DNA of 64,000 nt, taken from contig OZ242180.1 in assembly GCA_965205485.1 (NCBI GenBank), forward strand, positions 2,272,001 through 2,336,000. Direction: 5' to 3'. Made by a program: the position numbers and the translations under genes. Shown here in pieces: positions 27,512 to 36,899 of the stretch. The notes beneath the pieces were generated by a model that saw nothing but the letters and a program-made list of their open reading frames with translations, did no database searches and had not been told where the DNA came from. The stretch's first letter is position 1. Every line of letters starts with the position of its first letter. Source of the DNA: Candidatus Latescibacterota bacterium (GTDB lineage Bacteria; Latescibacterota; UBA2968; GCA-2709665).

Positions 27512-28917
27512 TTCGCGGTGTAGTTCGCTGTCAGGGGGCACGCATCTCGTTTTATGGCGAGCAACGCCAGCCTCGCCATGCCGTGCAGCAGGTCCCCCGG
27601 AACCATCTGGGACTCGTACCACTCGATACCCGCCGCGCCCCGCACGAGATCCCTATCCATATAGATCGGAATAAGCGTTCGCGCCAGATCCAGTCCCCGT
27701 TCCAGCCAGTCGGCGTCGCCGGTCAGGTCGTAGAGGTCCGCCAGCAACTCGACCGCGAGACCGGCGTCCATCGCGGGGACCGGGACGCCTTCTGGGAAGG
27801 GGGTCGTGGAATGCCAGCGCCCCGCAGCGTCCGCCCAGTTCAACAGCCGTTCATCCTCCGTGATCCTGTAGATGCACAGGGCGATCAGCGCGACGTAAGC
27901 CAGCGGCCAGTTTCCATAGATGCTTCCCCAGACGGGGTTCGTGTTCAAGATTTCATTCGTCCCACGCCGGCAGGCGGACACGAAGACGCCGGCGTCCGGA
28001 TCGTGGGGGGCCGACAGAAAACCTTCGATATACACGCCGGCGCGCTTCCGCATCCGGTCGATCAGCTCCGGCGCGCTTCCAACGAGCAGTTCAGCGGCTT
28101 CCACCAGGCTGGCCGCAAGGGAAACCGTCTGCGCCGGGGTGTTCGCGTTGTGCATAGGCGTCGGCGCTTCGGGACCCCGCGTCGTGGACAGCAGCAGGCC
28201 GTCCGGGTCACGGTGAGCCCACCAGTAGTCCAGCATCGTCTCGATCTGCCTCAGAAAATCCGCGCGCGACGATTTCCGATAGGCAAACGACCAGTCCAGG
28301 ATGTAGAATCCGCCGTGGCGCGGGAAATCCGAGGAGGCCGGCCCGCGTTCGAGGCGCTCTCTCCGCTCGACGTGGGCGTGACGGATATATTCTCTGGGCT
28401 CCCCGTCCTTGTAGTGGTAGTCCAGCCCTTCGGCAAACCGCTCGACGCACGGTGGGTTGAACGTATGCAGCTTTTCCCACAGCCATACGGGCGCCTGCCG
28501 CAGATGGTCGTGCAGCGTGGTGCCGGGCGCCTTATCCGGAAGTGCGAGCCGATGACTGTCGCCCACGCGGTCCTCCTCGAGGTGCCAGTACGCGTGCTCT
28601 CCCCACGGGAACAGGCCGGTGACCGTATCGGTGCAATGGGTCGCGAACCGGCGCAGGTACCGGTCGGCCGCTTCCCGGTACCCGTCGCGGTCCAGGGCGT
28701 ACATGATCTTGAGCAGGTGCTGGTCGTGCATGAGATTGCTGCCGAGAAAAGCGCGGTCGCCCATGCGCTGTCCGTGGATCGGCGGGGGCAGTTTCGTCAA
28801 CATCCGGTGCGTTTCCAGATCCAGCATGGACGGAAACAGACCGCCGTAGGGTTTTCCCGCCTCGACCAGCACCTCGATCGAATCGCAGACCTTGTCCAGA
28901 ATGGCTTCAGGCGTCAT
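27508..28917 (-). CDS. Alpha/alpha-toroid protein resembling family-2 pectate lyases
   Basis: GSNLMHDQHLLKIMYAL...YREAAD.YL...TGLFPWGEH resembles the PL2 N-terminal motif. Helical repeats such as LYDLTGDADWLERG. Confidence 0.5.
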   Translation of the reverse strand: MTPEAILDKVCDSIEVLVEAGKPYGGLFPSMLDLETHRMLTKLPPPIHGQRMGDRAFLGSNLMHDQHLLKIMYALDRDGYREAADRYLRRFATHCTDTVTGLFPWGEHAYWHLEEDRVGDSHRLALPDKAPGTTLHDHLRQAPVWLWEKLHTFNPPCVERFAEGLDYHYKDGEPREYIRHAHVERRERLERGPASSDFPRHGGFYILDWSFAYRKSSRADFLRQIETMLDYWWAHRDPDGLLLSTTRGPEAPTPMHNANTPAQTVSLAASLVEAAELLVGSAPELIDRMRKRAGVYIEGFLSAPHDPDAGVFVSACRRGTNEILNTNPVWGSIYGNWPLAYVALIALCIYRITEDERLLNWADAAGRWHSTTPFPEGVPVPAMDAGLAVELLADLYDLTGDADWLERGLDLARTLIPIYMDRDLVRGAAGIEWYESQMVPGDLLHGMARLALLAIKRDACPLTANYTAK

Positions 28918-29209
28918 GGTCTAAATCCTTCAATGCGGTAAGAGGGTCGACGGTAGACCACTTGCATCCCTTCACCGGTCTCCCTTATATTAACGACTCT
29001 GTCAATCATAGTTAATGCAGGGAAGTTCCTTTATGTCAGAGAGCCCTTGTTCACGGACTATAACGTTTTGCGCAGATGCATTTTGCGCAGTTGGCGATAA
29101 CCGTATCCGATTCACATCGGAGCCTACTATTCTATTTCAACTGAAGTAGGCATATTCCCGTCTCTTTGTTTTGTTGCCCCGCAAGCACTTGCACTTTTAG
29201 GGAGCTTGA

Positions 29210-30503
29210 ATGACTGCCGAAGTAGCGATAATGAATAAATCAGCAGTGGCGCTTGCTGCGGACAGTGCCGGCACAATTCGGATTGGTGACGAACAAAAAA
29301 TCTTTGAAGATATAAACAAACTATTCGCGCTTTCTAAATTTCATCCTGTTGGATTAATGGTTTACGGTTCAGCTGAATTTATGGGAGTTGATTGGGAAAC
29401 AATAGTTAAGTTGTTTCGTAATTGTATCCAAGAACGAAGTTTCAATACACTGCATGATTATGTTGACCATTTTCTACGTTTTCTCGAAGAGAATAACAAT
29501 GAACTCTTTGATCAGAGTAGTCAAGAGACCTTCATTGAAGGACGAATTCGAAATGTCTTTTTTTCGATTCGGGAGGAAGTTATTAATCTCACACAACGCG
29601 ATATTGTAGACAACCCACAAATCACAACAGAACACATACAGGAACATCTGCGTACAATTGTTACTAAGCGCCATAGTGATTTTCGTGGTTATGAGAACAT
29701 TAAATCCATCTCGGGTACGATTTTCTCAGACACACAAGAGAAAGTACTACGTGAATTACTAATGCCGTCTATTGTCAAATCAAAGGAAATGGTATTTGAA
29801 AATCTTCCTCTAAGTTCAAGTATTTCACGACGACTAACCGAAATTGCTCTATATTCATTTACAAAAGAAGCTGTTTTTAGTGATACTTCCGGCATAGTTA
29901 TTGCAGGTTATGGCAGTAATGCTCAAGTTTCACCGACAACGTGTTGTTCAAATAGATAGAAAAAATACGGCAACGATTATACCGTTTGCTCAATCTGAAA
30001 TGGTTGCAGTTTTTATGGAAGGTGTTGAGCCCAAGTATCGAGCATTTTTAAGCCGTTTATTACCTGAAATATTAAAAACATACAATACTGAATTACTGGA
30101 ATTCAGTACAGAATATCCGGAAATTAAGGGCAAGTATAAACAGGAAATTTCACAAATACGCCACGATCTTATGGAAAGATTTAGTAAGCGGGCAGAACAT
30201 TATCGAAATATGGAATTCATTCAACCTGTTATTAATATAGTAGAGCACCTTCCCAAAAGTGAACTTGCTGCCATGGCAGAATCTTTGGTAAACCTCACTT
30301 CGTTTCGACGCCATGTTACTCCTGCCGCAGAGACGGTTGGTGGCCCAATTGATGTCGCAGTAATTCGGATAAATTCACACGGGGATGGATTTATTTGGAT
30401 TAAAAGGAAACATTACTTTCAACCGGAATTTAACCCACATTTTCTTACTAACTATTATCGGAGGACAATCGATGGTCCAGTCAAAGAAAACCAAACAGAG
30501 TAG
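29210..30503 (+). pseudogene. Proteasome-beta/HslV-like Ntn-hydrolase, split by a frameshift near 29915
   Basis: M-T1...AAD17S...K36 N-terminus and GIVIAGYG in frame 1. IIPFAQSEMV...ETVGGPIDVAVI...GDGFIWIKRKHYF in the +1 frame. AT-rich. Confidence 0.7.
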
Positions 30504-30651
30504 CTTTCGGTCGATAAAGGAGGTAAAGGCTGCACTTTTGCCCAATCTCTTAGCTGCTGAAGAGGAACGCGAATTTTACAGGTCAATCGAGTTATCGATA
30601 CCGAAAGCCAAGCTCATTATACAAAAAAGAGAGATAGAAAAACCGGAATAA
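30472..30651 (+). CDS. Small hypothetical protein (59 aa) overlapping the 3' end of the protease gene
   Basis: GGAGGA SD at 30460, ATG 30472, same AT-rich composition. Confidence 0.5.
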   Translation: MVQSKKTKQSSFRSIKEVKAALLPNLLAAEEEREFYRSIELSIPKAKLIIQKREIEKPE

Positions 30652-30850
30652 TCTATGTTTCAATCTCTCTCTACCCAACAGATGTTGTCTAGTACCGGGA
30701 ACTCTCGACAAGTTGTTCTCAGCGTGCAACCTATAGCGTGACATAGATTTAATGGCGAGTCTCAAGCAACCTTCTTGTTATTTTCGATAACAGAGTGTCC
30801 CCCATCTGATCACTCGATTCAATACAGCTTGTCCACAGCACAAAGCGAAT

Positions 30851-30880
30851 AAAAGCCCAGGGCCTCCCCTGGGCTTTTTT
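30851..30880 (+). terminator. Intrinsic terminator of the AT-rich operon
   Basis: aaaagcccaggg-cctc-ccctgggcttttt. Confidence 0.85.
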
Positions 30881-31373
30881 GCCTACAATCCCCCACCAAA
30901 CTCCCATAATAATTCGTTAATAAAAACAGCATCTTATGTCAATATTGTTAGGGTGGAGTTACCCGTGACAGGTTTCACCGACCAAGTTTGCACCATCGCC
31001 CAATTGTTATTGATAGACTTCAGATCGTACAGGGTAGCGTTTTTGGGGGCTGTACGGGAAAAGGAATCGAAAACCGGTGGTTCCAACCTAACTCCGGGTA
31101 GACGAAAAAGATCGTACGGTGTGGGTGCGATTTAAACGACCAAGCAATGATGTCCTCTCACTTCTTCAGTCCGACCGCCTTTTGCTGATCGCTGTGTTTC
31201 CCTTTGTGTCTTCGTTTCTTCGTGTGAGCTGAATCCCGGTATTTGCGGTTTAGGGCCACGGGTTGAACCCTTCCGAACGTTTGGGTATATTTCCCTCCCA
31301 GGGGTCGAGATGCGTCGTATCTGCGGCGTCCGGACCGGAAGGACAGACGCCGGGTCCAACGTAGGAGGAGACC

Positions 31374-31991
31374 ATGTCTGACGAACCCGAAAGAATCCGT
31401 GTGACGCGCGAATCGAGCGTTGAGGTGAACGTCGGTGCGATGTCCAATCCGGAACGGGTCAATGGTTGGAGTCGCGGATGGATTGCGCTTCTGGCTTCGC
31501 TTTCTACTTTGTTGTTCGCGACTTCATGCGGTCGGAACGGTCCGTTCGAACCGGTGAGCGCAGATGAAGGAGAACGAATCAGGACGACGATGGACGGGCG
31601 GTCGTTTCGTCAATTCGAGCCTTCCAGGGACGCGAGTCCGAGAAAGGGCGTCATCCTCGATTTTACCGGCGGGTTCAACCTCTGGGCCCAGTATGCCAGG
31701 GACGCACACGCCGTAAACGAATGGGAGGTATGGGCGAAAGATTATCGGATTGAAAAGGCAGGCAACGGTTCGGAATTCAGGATTTCCTTCGTCACGCCGA
31801 ATTCGACGCAGACTTTCCCCGAGAAGTGCGATAACTGTATTCAGACCTCGGGCGTTTCCATTTCGATCCGGGATCTTTTCGACAGCGGAAAGATATCGTT
31901 CAAGGTAAACGACCCGGACGGTAATCTGCCCTCGCCGTTTCCTGTTTTCAAGTCCTGGACGAAGTTCAGCGAAGACGAATATTTCGATTAG
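31374..31991 (+). CDS. Hypothetical protein, probable lipoprotein
   Basis: AGGAGG SD, hydrophobic stretch ending LFATSC, CDNC motif. The true start may be the downstream Met. Confidence 0.6.
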   Translation: MSDEPERIRVTRESSVEVNVGAMSNPERVNGWSRGWIALLASLSTLLFATSCGRNGPFEPVSADEGERIRTTMDGRSFRQFEPSRDASPRKGVILDFTGGFNLWAQYARDAHAVNEWEVWAKDYRIEKAGNGSEFRISFVTPNSTQTFPEKCDNCIQTSGVSISIRDLFDSGKISFKVNDPDGNLPSPFPVFKSWTKFSEDEYFD

Positions 31992-32017
31992 GGGTTGCGT
32001 CGGCCAGGATCGAATCA

Positions 32018-33316
32018 CTATAGTCGCGGCTGCTTGAAGACCCATACCTTTTCGCGATCGGTTACCAGGTACTCGTCTTGTCCGTCTCCGTCGACGTCTC
32101 CGATGGTCGAGTTATGGCACGTCCCGAAATAACGGCCGCCGGCGGGAAATGACTCGAGACCGAATTTCTGAAACCGGTCGTGGAAGTTCTCCCTGGCTTT
32201 CAGCTTTGCGAGTTCCCTGCCCGTGGGGTCCACCCACACCACGCGATGTTCGGCGTCGGACCTGGCCGGCCACTCCAGGCGCATCAGGCTGTCCCTGCCC
32301 AGATCGGTCGCCCACGAAATGACCGAGTAATAGCCCATCGTCCGGTGACGCGACAGCTCGCGGCCGCCGGCGTTGACGATCGCGGCCTCCCTTTCCTCCG
32401 GGCGGCCCAACGCCTTGTCCACGAAGGCCAGTTGAAGCCCCGGTTCGTCCTTGAAGAATCTACCCGGCAGGATGTTCTGGCAATGGTGCATCGGAACGGT
32501 GAACCGCACCGTCCCATCCGAATTGTGTACGACCGCGTCGTGTCCGTCGTGGGCGAGGGCGAATTCGAACCGCCCGTCGTCGTCGATGTCGGCAATCACC
32601 GAATCGTCCAGGTGGTCGTTATCGGACATCGGCGAGTGGGACCACAGGGGGCTGCCGTCGTGGTCGAACAGGCTGAAGCCGATCAGGAGTTCGTCCAGCC
32701 CGTCGCCGTCCACGTCAGCGTAGTTGCCGCCATGCCCGGCGCCTTCGACCTCGATTTCCCAGACGACGTTGAAATTGTGGTCCAGCAGGAGGGAGGGATT
32801 CCCGTAGCCATGGGTGGCCGAGGTGGTCACGCTCTTCGTGAAGACGTGGAACCGGCCTGAGCGATCGGTCCGGACCGCGCGGGCGAAATAGAACCCCGAA
32901 TGGGGCAGCCTGTGACGCCTGCACAACGCCCCCGTGGCTCCTTTGTACACCATCAGTTCAGACTTGTGGATGAGCATGATCTCGACCTGACCGTCCCCGT
33001 CCAGGTCCACCACCTGGCAGAAGTTGCTGCCGTTCCATGAAAAGGGCCGCTCGAGCGCCCACGGCTCTCCCACCTGCCATAGAACCTGTCCCTCCCCGTC
33101 GGCAAGGGTCAGACAGAAAAGCTCCTGTTCTTCCACGCCGGTCTTGTACCCCTGCACGTCGGGAAATCGCGGATCGAACGCCTCGTTGGCATGCGCTCCC
33201 GCGTTCTGGACGAACAGGACTTCGTTCTTTCCGTCGCCGTTGAAGTCCCGGACGGTGAAAGCCGGGCATCCCCAGGGGCGCACGTCCCAGACGGCGGCGG
33301 GATCGACGGTTTTCAT
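32018..33316 (-). CDS. FG-GAP/VCBS-repeat beta-propeller (PL11 rhamnogalacturonan-lyase-like)
   Basis: Repeated DxDGDGxxE loops (DFNGDGKNE, DLDGDGQVE, DVDGDGLDE, DIDDDGRFE), GAGH, DHLD. AGGAG SD before MKTVDP. Confidence 0.65.
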   Translation of the reverse strand: MKTVDPAAVWDVRPWGCPAFTVRDFNGDGKNEVLFVQNAGAHANEAFDPRFPDVQGYKTGVEEQELFCLTLADGEGQVLWQVGEPWALERPFSWNGSNFCQVVDLDGDGQVEIMLIHKSELMVYKGATGALCRRHRLPHSGFYFARAVRTDRSGRFHVFTKSVTTSATHGYGNPSLLLDHNFNVVWEIEVEGAGHGGNYADVDGDGLDELLIGFSLFDHDGSPLWSHSPMSDNDHLDDSVIADIDDDGRFEFALAHDGHDAVVHNSDGTVRFTVPMHHCQNILPGRFFKDEPGLQLAFVDKALGRPEEREAAIVNAGGRELSRHRTMGYYSVISWATDLGRDSLMRLEWPARSDAEHRVVWVDPTGRELAKLKARENFHDRFQKFGLESFPAGGRYFGTCHNSTIGDVDGDGQDEYLVTDREKVWVFKQPRL

Positions 33317-33330
33317 TACAGATGTACTCC

Positions 33331-34380
33331 TCAGGACAGGGGAAAGTCGACGCGCGTGTTGCCCGCGTGGTGCGATTTCAGGATGCCCAGGATGACCTCC
33401 AGCGACTTTCTCGCCTCCCTCGCGGGAGACACCGGGTCTCCGCCGTGTTCCAGCAGATGCACAAGTTCCGCCACCAAAGCGCCCTTGGAGTGCATCATGT
33501 AATGCTCCGTGACGATCTCGGAAGTCTCGAAGGAGCCGCCGCGGATCAGTCTCGCGGACGTATCGGTGGCTTCCACCCGCCCGTCCTCGCACGTCATGAC
33601 GAACCGCCAGCCGGAAAACGCGGTCTTGAAGGAGTTGTAAAAGGCCCTTACGCCGTTTTCGAACCGGATGTAAGCCGAGGCGTAGGGATCGCTCGCGGCG
33701 TCCTTCCCTCCGCCGCCCCGATATTCCGTGAAATCTTCGAACCCGTCCTCCAGATCCGCCACCAGCCAGAGCGGGTCACCGTCGGCGAGAAAGCAGACCG
33801 TATCCAGGGCGTGCGTCCCGTTGCGAAACAGCATCGAACGCGGACCGAACATCTCGCACTCGATGGTGCGCAGCGGTCCGATCTCCCCGCCGCGGAGGAT
33901 TTCGCGCGCCTTGAGGTAATGCGGGTACCACCGCCGGGAGTGGTCCACCGAAAGAACGGTCCCGTTCGCTTCGGTCGCCGCGATCATCCTGTCGGCGTCC
34001 TCCAGCGTTGTCGCAAGCGGTTTTTCGCAGAGAATCGCCGCCGTGCCGCGCTCGGCCGCGTCCACCACGATGTCGGCGTGGCGGTGGTCGGACGTCGCGA
34101 CGCTCACCAGATCGGGGTTTTCGGCTTCCAGCATCTCCCGATAATCCACATAGTAGCGCATATCGGGCCACACGTCGTTCCAGCTCTCCCGGAAACCGTC
34201 CAGCGCCTCCTCACGGAGGTCGCAAACAGCGGTCAGCCGCGTCCGAGGAGTACGGTAATAGGCCGAGGCGTGCGACATGGGCATCGCGCCGTACAGCGGC
34301 AATCCCTCCGCCTCTGCCGGACGTCTGGCCCCGATACCCGTCAGCCCCACGATAACCGCGCTGTATTCACGTCCGGACAT
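33331..34380 (-). CDS. Gfo/Idh/MocA-family oxidoreductase
   Basis: AVCD, DYREMLEAENPDLVSVAT, ILCEKPLA, NGTHALD. Confidence 0.9.
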   Translation of the reverse strand: MSGREYSAVIVGLTGIGARRPAEAEGLPLYGAMPMSHASAYYRTPRTRLTAVCDLREEALDGFRESWNDVWPDMRYYVDYREMLEAENPDLVSVATSDHRHADIVVDAAERGTAAILCEKPLATTLEDADRMIAATEANGTVLSVDHSRRWYPHYLKAREILRGGEIGPLRTIECEMFGPRSMLFRNGTHALDTVCFLADGDPLWLVADLEDGFEDFTEYRGGGGKDAASDPYASAYIRFENGVRAFYNSFKTAFSGWRFVMTCEDGRVEATDTSARLIRGGSFETSEIVTEHYMMHSKGALVAELVHLLEHGGDPVSPAREARKSLEVILGILKSHHAGNTRVDFPLS

Positions 34381-34434
34381 ACGTTTCCCCCCTAACAATT
34401 TGAAATCGTCAGCAACGCGCAGCTCGGCCGGCGC

Positions 34435-36867
34435 TTATATCGTGATGTATTCCGAAGGCGTACTCGGGACGCCGCCGGCATCCACCGCAACGACACGATA
34501 GGACATTCCCTTCTTCCCATCGTTCAGCGGCCAGCGGGTTTCGCCAACGGCGCCGAGCAGATTCTCATCCGTCGCGGAGAATCCACCGGGCTCCCGGCAC
34601 CCGTGAACCCGATAGCGTACCGACGGGTTCCCGTCTGGATTCGCGGACCACACCAATGATCGCTCTCCGCCCCGGCCCTCCACCCTGAGGTCCACCGGCA
34701 GATTCGGACCGTGGGGCACGAAGGACCGCACTTCGCTCCAGTCTCCCCACACGCCCCTTTCGTTCCGGGCCCGCACGCGCCAGTAATAGACTTCATCGGG
34801 ATTCAGGAGATTCGGAAACTCCGCCTGCCATTTCGTCCCTCCCGCGTATGCGGTCCTTCCCACGTAGCGGTCGAACGCGGGGCAGACGCACCATCTGAAA
34901 TCCGCGTACCGGCTGACCTGGACGTGGTAATCGTCAACCTTTCCGGTACCCCCTCGCGGACGCTTCCAGCGGAATTCGAAGTCCAGCCGGTCGACGTCCG
35001 ACTCATTTTCAGGAAATACCAGCCGGGGCGCGCCCGGCGGTCGGATGGATCGCTCTTCCCGCCATCCGTACGTCACCCGCACGTTTCTGTACCCCGGGGT
35101 GTCGTCCCGGTAAGCGATCCTGTTCTCGCCGCAGAACAGCGAAGGAAGGGACCGCGTGGCGCACTGGATATCCGTATCGAAACGGATCGCGTCCAGGCCC
35201 ACCCCGTGAGGCCGCGACCCCGCCCACATGGCCACCTTGATATAGTACTGATAACACGGCCCCATCCGCCATCCGAGGTCCTTCTCGCCGCGCCAGTCGT
35301 TCAGCGCGGGATTCAGGTACCAGTCCAGGTCCACGCTGGCGTCCAGCCGCCGTCCGATGGCGACCCACACGGACCGCCACTCCTCTCCGTCCTTGGAAAG
35401 CAGCACTTCCAGACCGTCTTCCTGCGTGTCGCATCGACACCGGATGCCCACGCGCGCTCCGGCGATCGCGTAGGGCGACGCCACCCGCCACACCACCTCC
35501 GAAACCTGGCCCTGCTTCTCCGGATGCAGCGCAACGCGTCTGCCGGAGGTCTCCTGGATGACATTCCTCGCCGACTCGGTTCCGTTCAGTGCGAGCGGGC
35601 CGCGCAGGTCGGGCCGGTAGGCCAGCTTCCCGTTGGAATAGCGTACGGCCGGATAGAGTCGCCGTCCCCGAATCACGTTCTTTCCAACGTTGTCCCAGAA
35701 GCGGACAAGTTTCTCGCCCGGTCGCAACCGCAACGCCATGGTCTGTGCAGTCGGGAATTCCCCGGGCGTCTGATTTATCTTTCCCGCAGCGTCCATCCAG
35801 GCGCCGCCCTTGTTGGGCGGATAGACGTACTGGCCTTCCCGGAAGGGCGTATAGTAATAGTCCTTCTCGGGCAGGTCTCGCCCGCACAGGCCCAGGTTGC
35901 GGTGGGAGCGGCGCAGCAGGTCGATATCCCGCGCCAGGTCCCCGGAGCCGGCAACCGTGGTGTTGTCGCGATTCAGAAAGAACACCATCAGGTCCGTATC
36001 CAGAAAATGCCAGGCCCCGTCCGCGAACGCCTCGAAGATATCGTGTCCGCAGCTGCGCCCGCGACCGTAACCGTCGATGGTCCCGCCCAGCCAGATTTCC
36101 CGGCTCGTCACGCCCATCTGTTCCGCCAGGCGCCGGCTGGTGATCGCGTTGGCCACGCAGCCTTCGAAGCCGTAGACGTTGAAGAGTCTGACCGGGTCGC
36201 TGGTCTGGTCGAACCATGACATGCCGATCCGGCTGTCGTAGAGTTCGTCGACCACGAATTTCCAGACCGCCATCATCTTGTCCCCGTCGCTCAGGCTGCC
36301 GCCTCCGGCGATGCCTGCGATCTCTTCCGTCATCGTCTCCACGGACCACCAGTCCCGTTTTCCGTTGGCCACCACCCACGGGTTCACCACGTCCGTCTCT
36401 CCACGGTTCTCGATGACGACGTACTGGTTCGGTTCGAAGACCTGGTCGTACGGCGGCATGCTCGAATTCGGACCGGGACAGTAGACTTCCGGGCCCACGG
36501 TCACCGAATTGGATTCATCCAGGTACCCGCCCATCGAAATCGTGAATTCCTCACGGTTTTCCGTCAGCTCGATACGCTTTTCCTTCTGCGCACGGGGCAC
36601 CGCCACGCGAATGGGGGGCCCGCCACTAATGCCGCCGGCATCCGGATACAGGCTGGGCGCTCGCCATTCCGTCGCCAGATAGTAGTAGATCCTGCCAGGC
36701 TCCAGATGTACCGTATCGTCGTACGTCTCCTCGAATGCCACCCCGACCTCTTCATAGGGCCCGGACGCCCGCCGCGACCTGTAAATTCGGGCTCCGGGGA
36801 GACCCGCGAGATCCACCCCCAACCGTACGCGGTTCGCCGCGATCTGCAAAACCTTCAGTTTCGACAT
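34435..36867 (-). CDS. Large protein with transglutaminase-like catalytic core and FN3-like domains
   Basis: NVYGFEGCVANA...GHDIFEAFADGAWHFLDTD (Cys-His-Asp). YYWRVRARN..GVWGDWS and YRVVAVD FN3 motifs. Confidence 0.65.
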   Translation of the reverse strand: MSKLKVLQIAANRVRLGVDLAGLPGARIYRSRRASGPYEEVGVAFEETYDDTVHLEPGRIYYYLATEWRAPSLYPDAGGISGGPPIRVAVPRAQKEKRIELTENREEFTISMGGYLDESNSVTVGPEVYCPGPNSSMPPYDQVFEPNQYVVIENRGETDVVNPWVVANGKRDWWSVETMTEEIAGIAGGGSLSDGDKMMAVWKFVVDELYDSRIGMSWFDQTSDPVRLFNVYGFEGCVANAITSRRLAEQMGVTSREIWLGGTIDGYGRGRSCGHDIFEAFADGAWHFLDTDLMVFFLNRDNTTVAGSGDLARDIDLLRRSHRNLGLCGRDLPEKDYYYTPFREGQYVYPPNKGGAWMDAAGKINQTPGEFPTAQTMALRLRPGEKLVRFWDNVGKNVIRGRRLYPAVRYSNGKLAYRPDLRGPLALNGTESARNVIQETSGRRVALHPEKQGQVSEVVWRVASPYAIAGARVGIRCRCDTQEDGLEVLLSKDGEEWRSVWVAIGRRLDASVDLDWYLNPALNDWRGEKDLGWRMGPCYQYYIKVAMWAGSRPHGVGLDAIRFDTDIQCATRSLPSLFCGENRIAYRDDTPGYRNVRVTYGWREERSIRPPGAPRLVFPENESDVDRLDFEFRWKRPRGGTGKVDDYHVQVSRYADFRWCVCPAFDRYVGRTAYAGGTKWQAEFPNLLNPDEVYYWRVRARNERGVWGDWSEVRSFVPHGPNLPVDLRVEGRGGERSLVWSANPDGNPSVRYRVHGCREPGGFSATDENLLGAVGETRWPLNDGKKGMSYRVVAVDAGGVPSTPSEYITI

Positions 36868-36899
36868 TGCTGTCCTCCGTGTCATCCGTCATGCGCCAG

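Noticed and set aside
30960..31140. Repeated gatcgtac words as a recombination site at the island's right edge
   Set aside because: Only short 8-mers, no integrase or tRNA, and no matching repeat at the left edge.
31320..31360. Hairpin with a GGAA loop resembling SRP RNA
   Set aside because: The conserved SRP internal-loop bases are not matched and the stem is too short.
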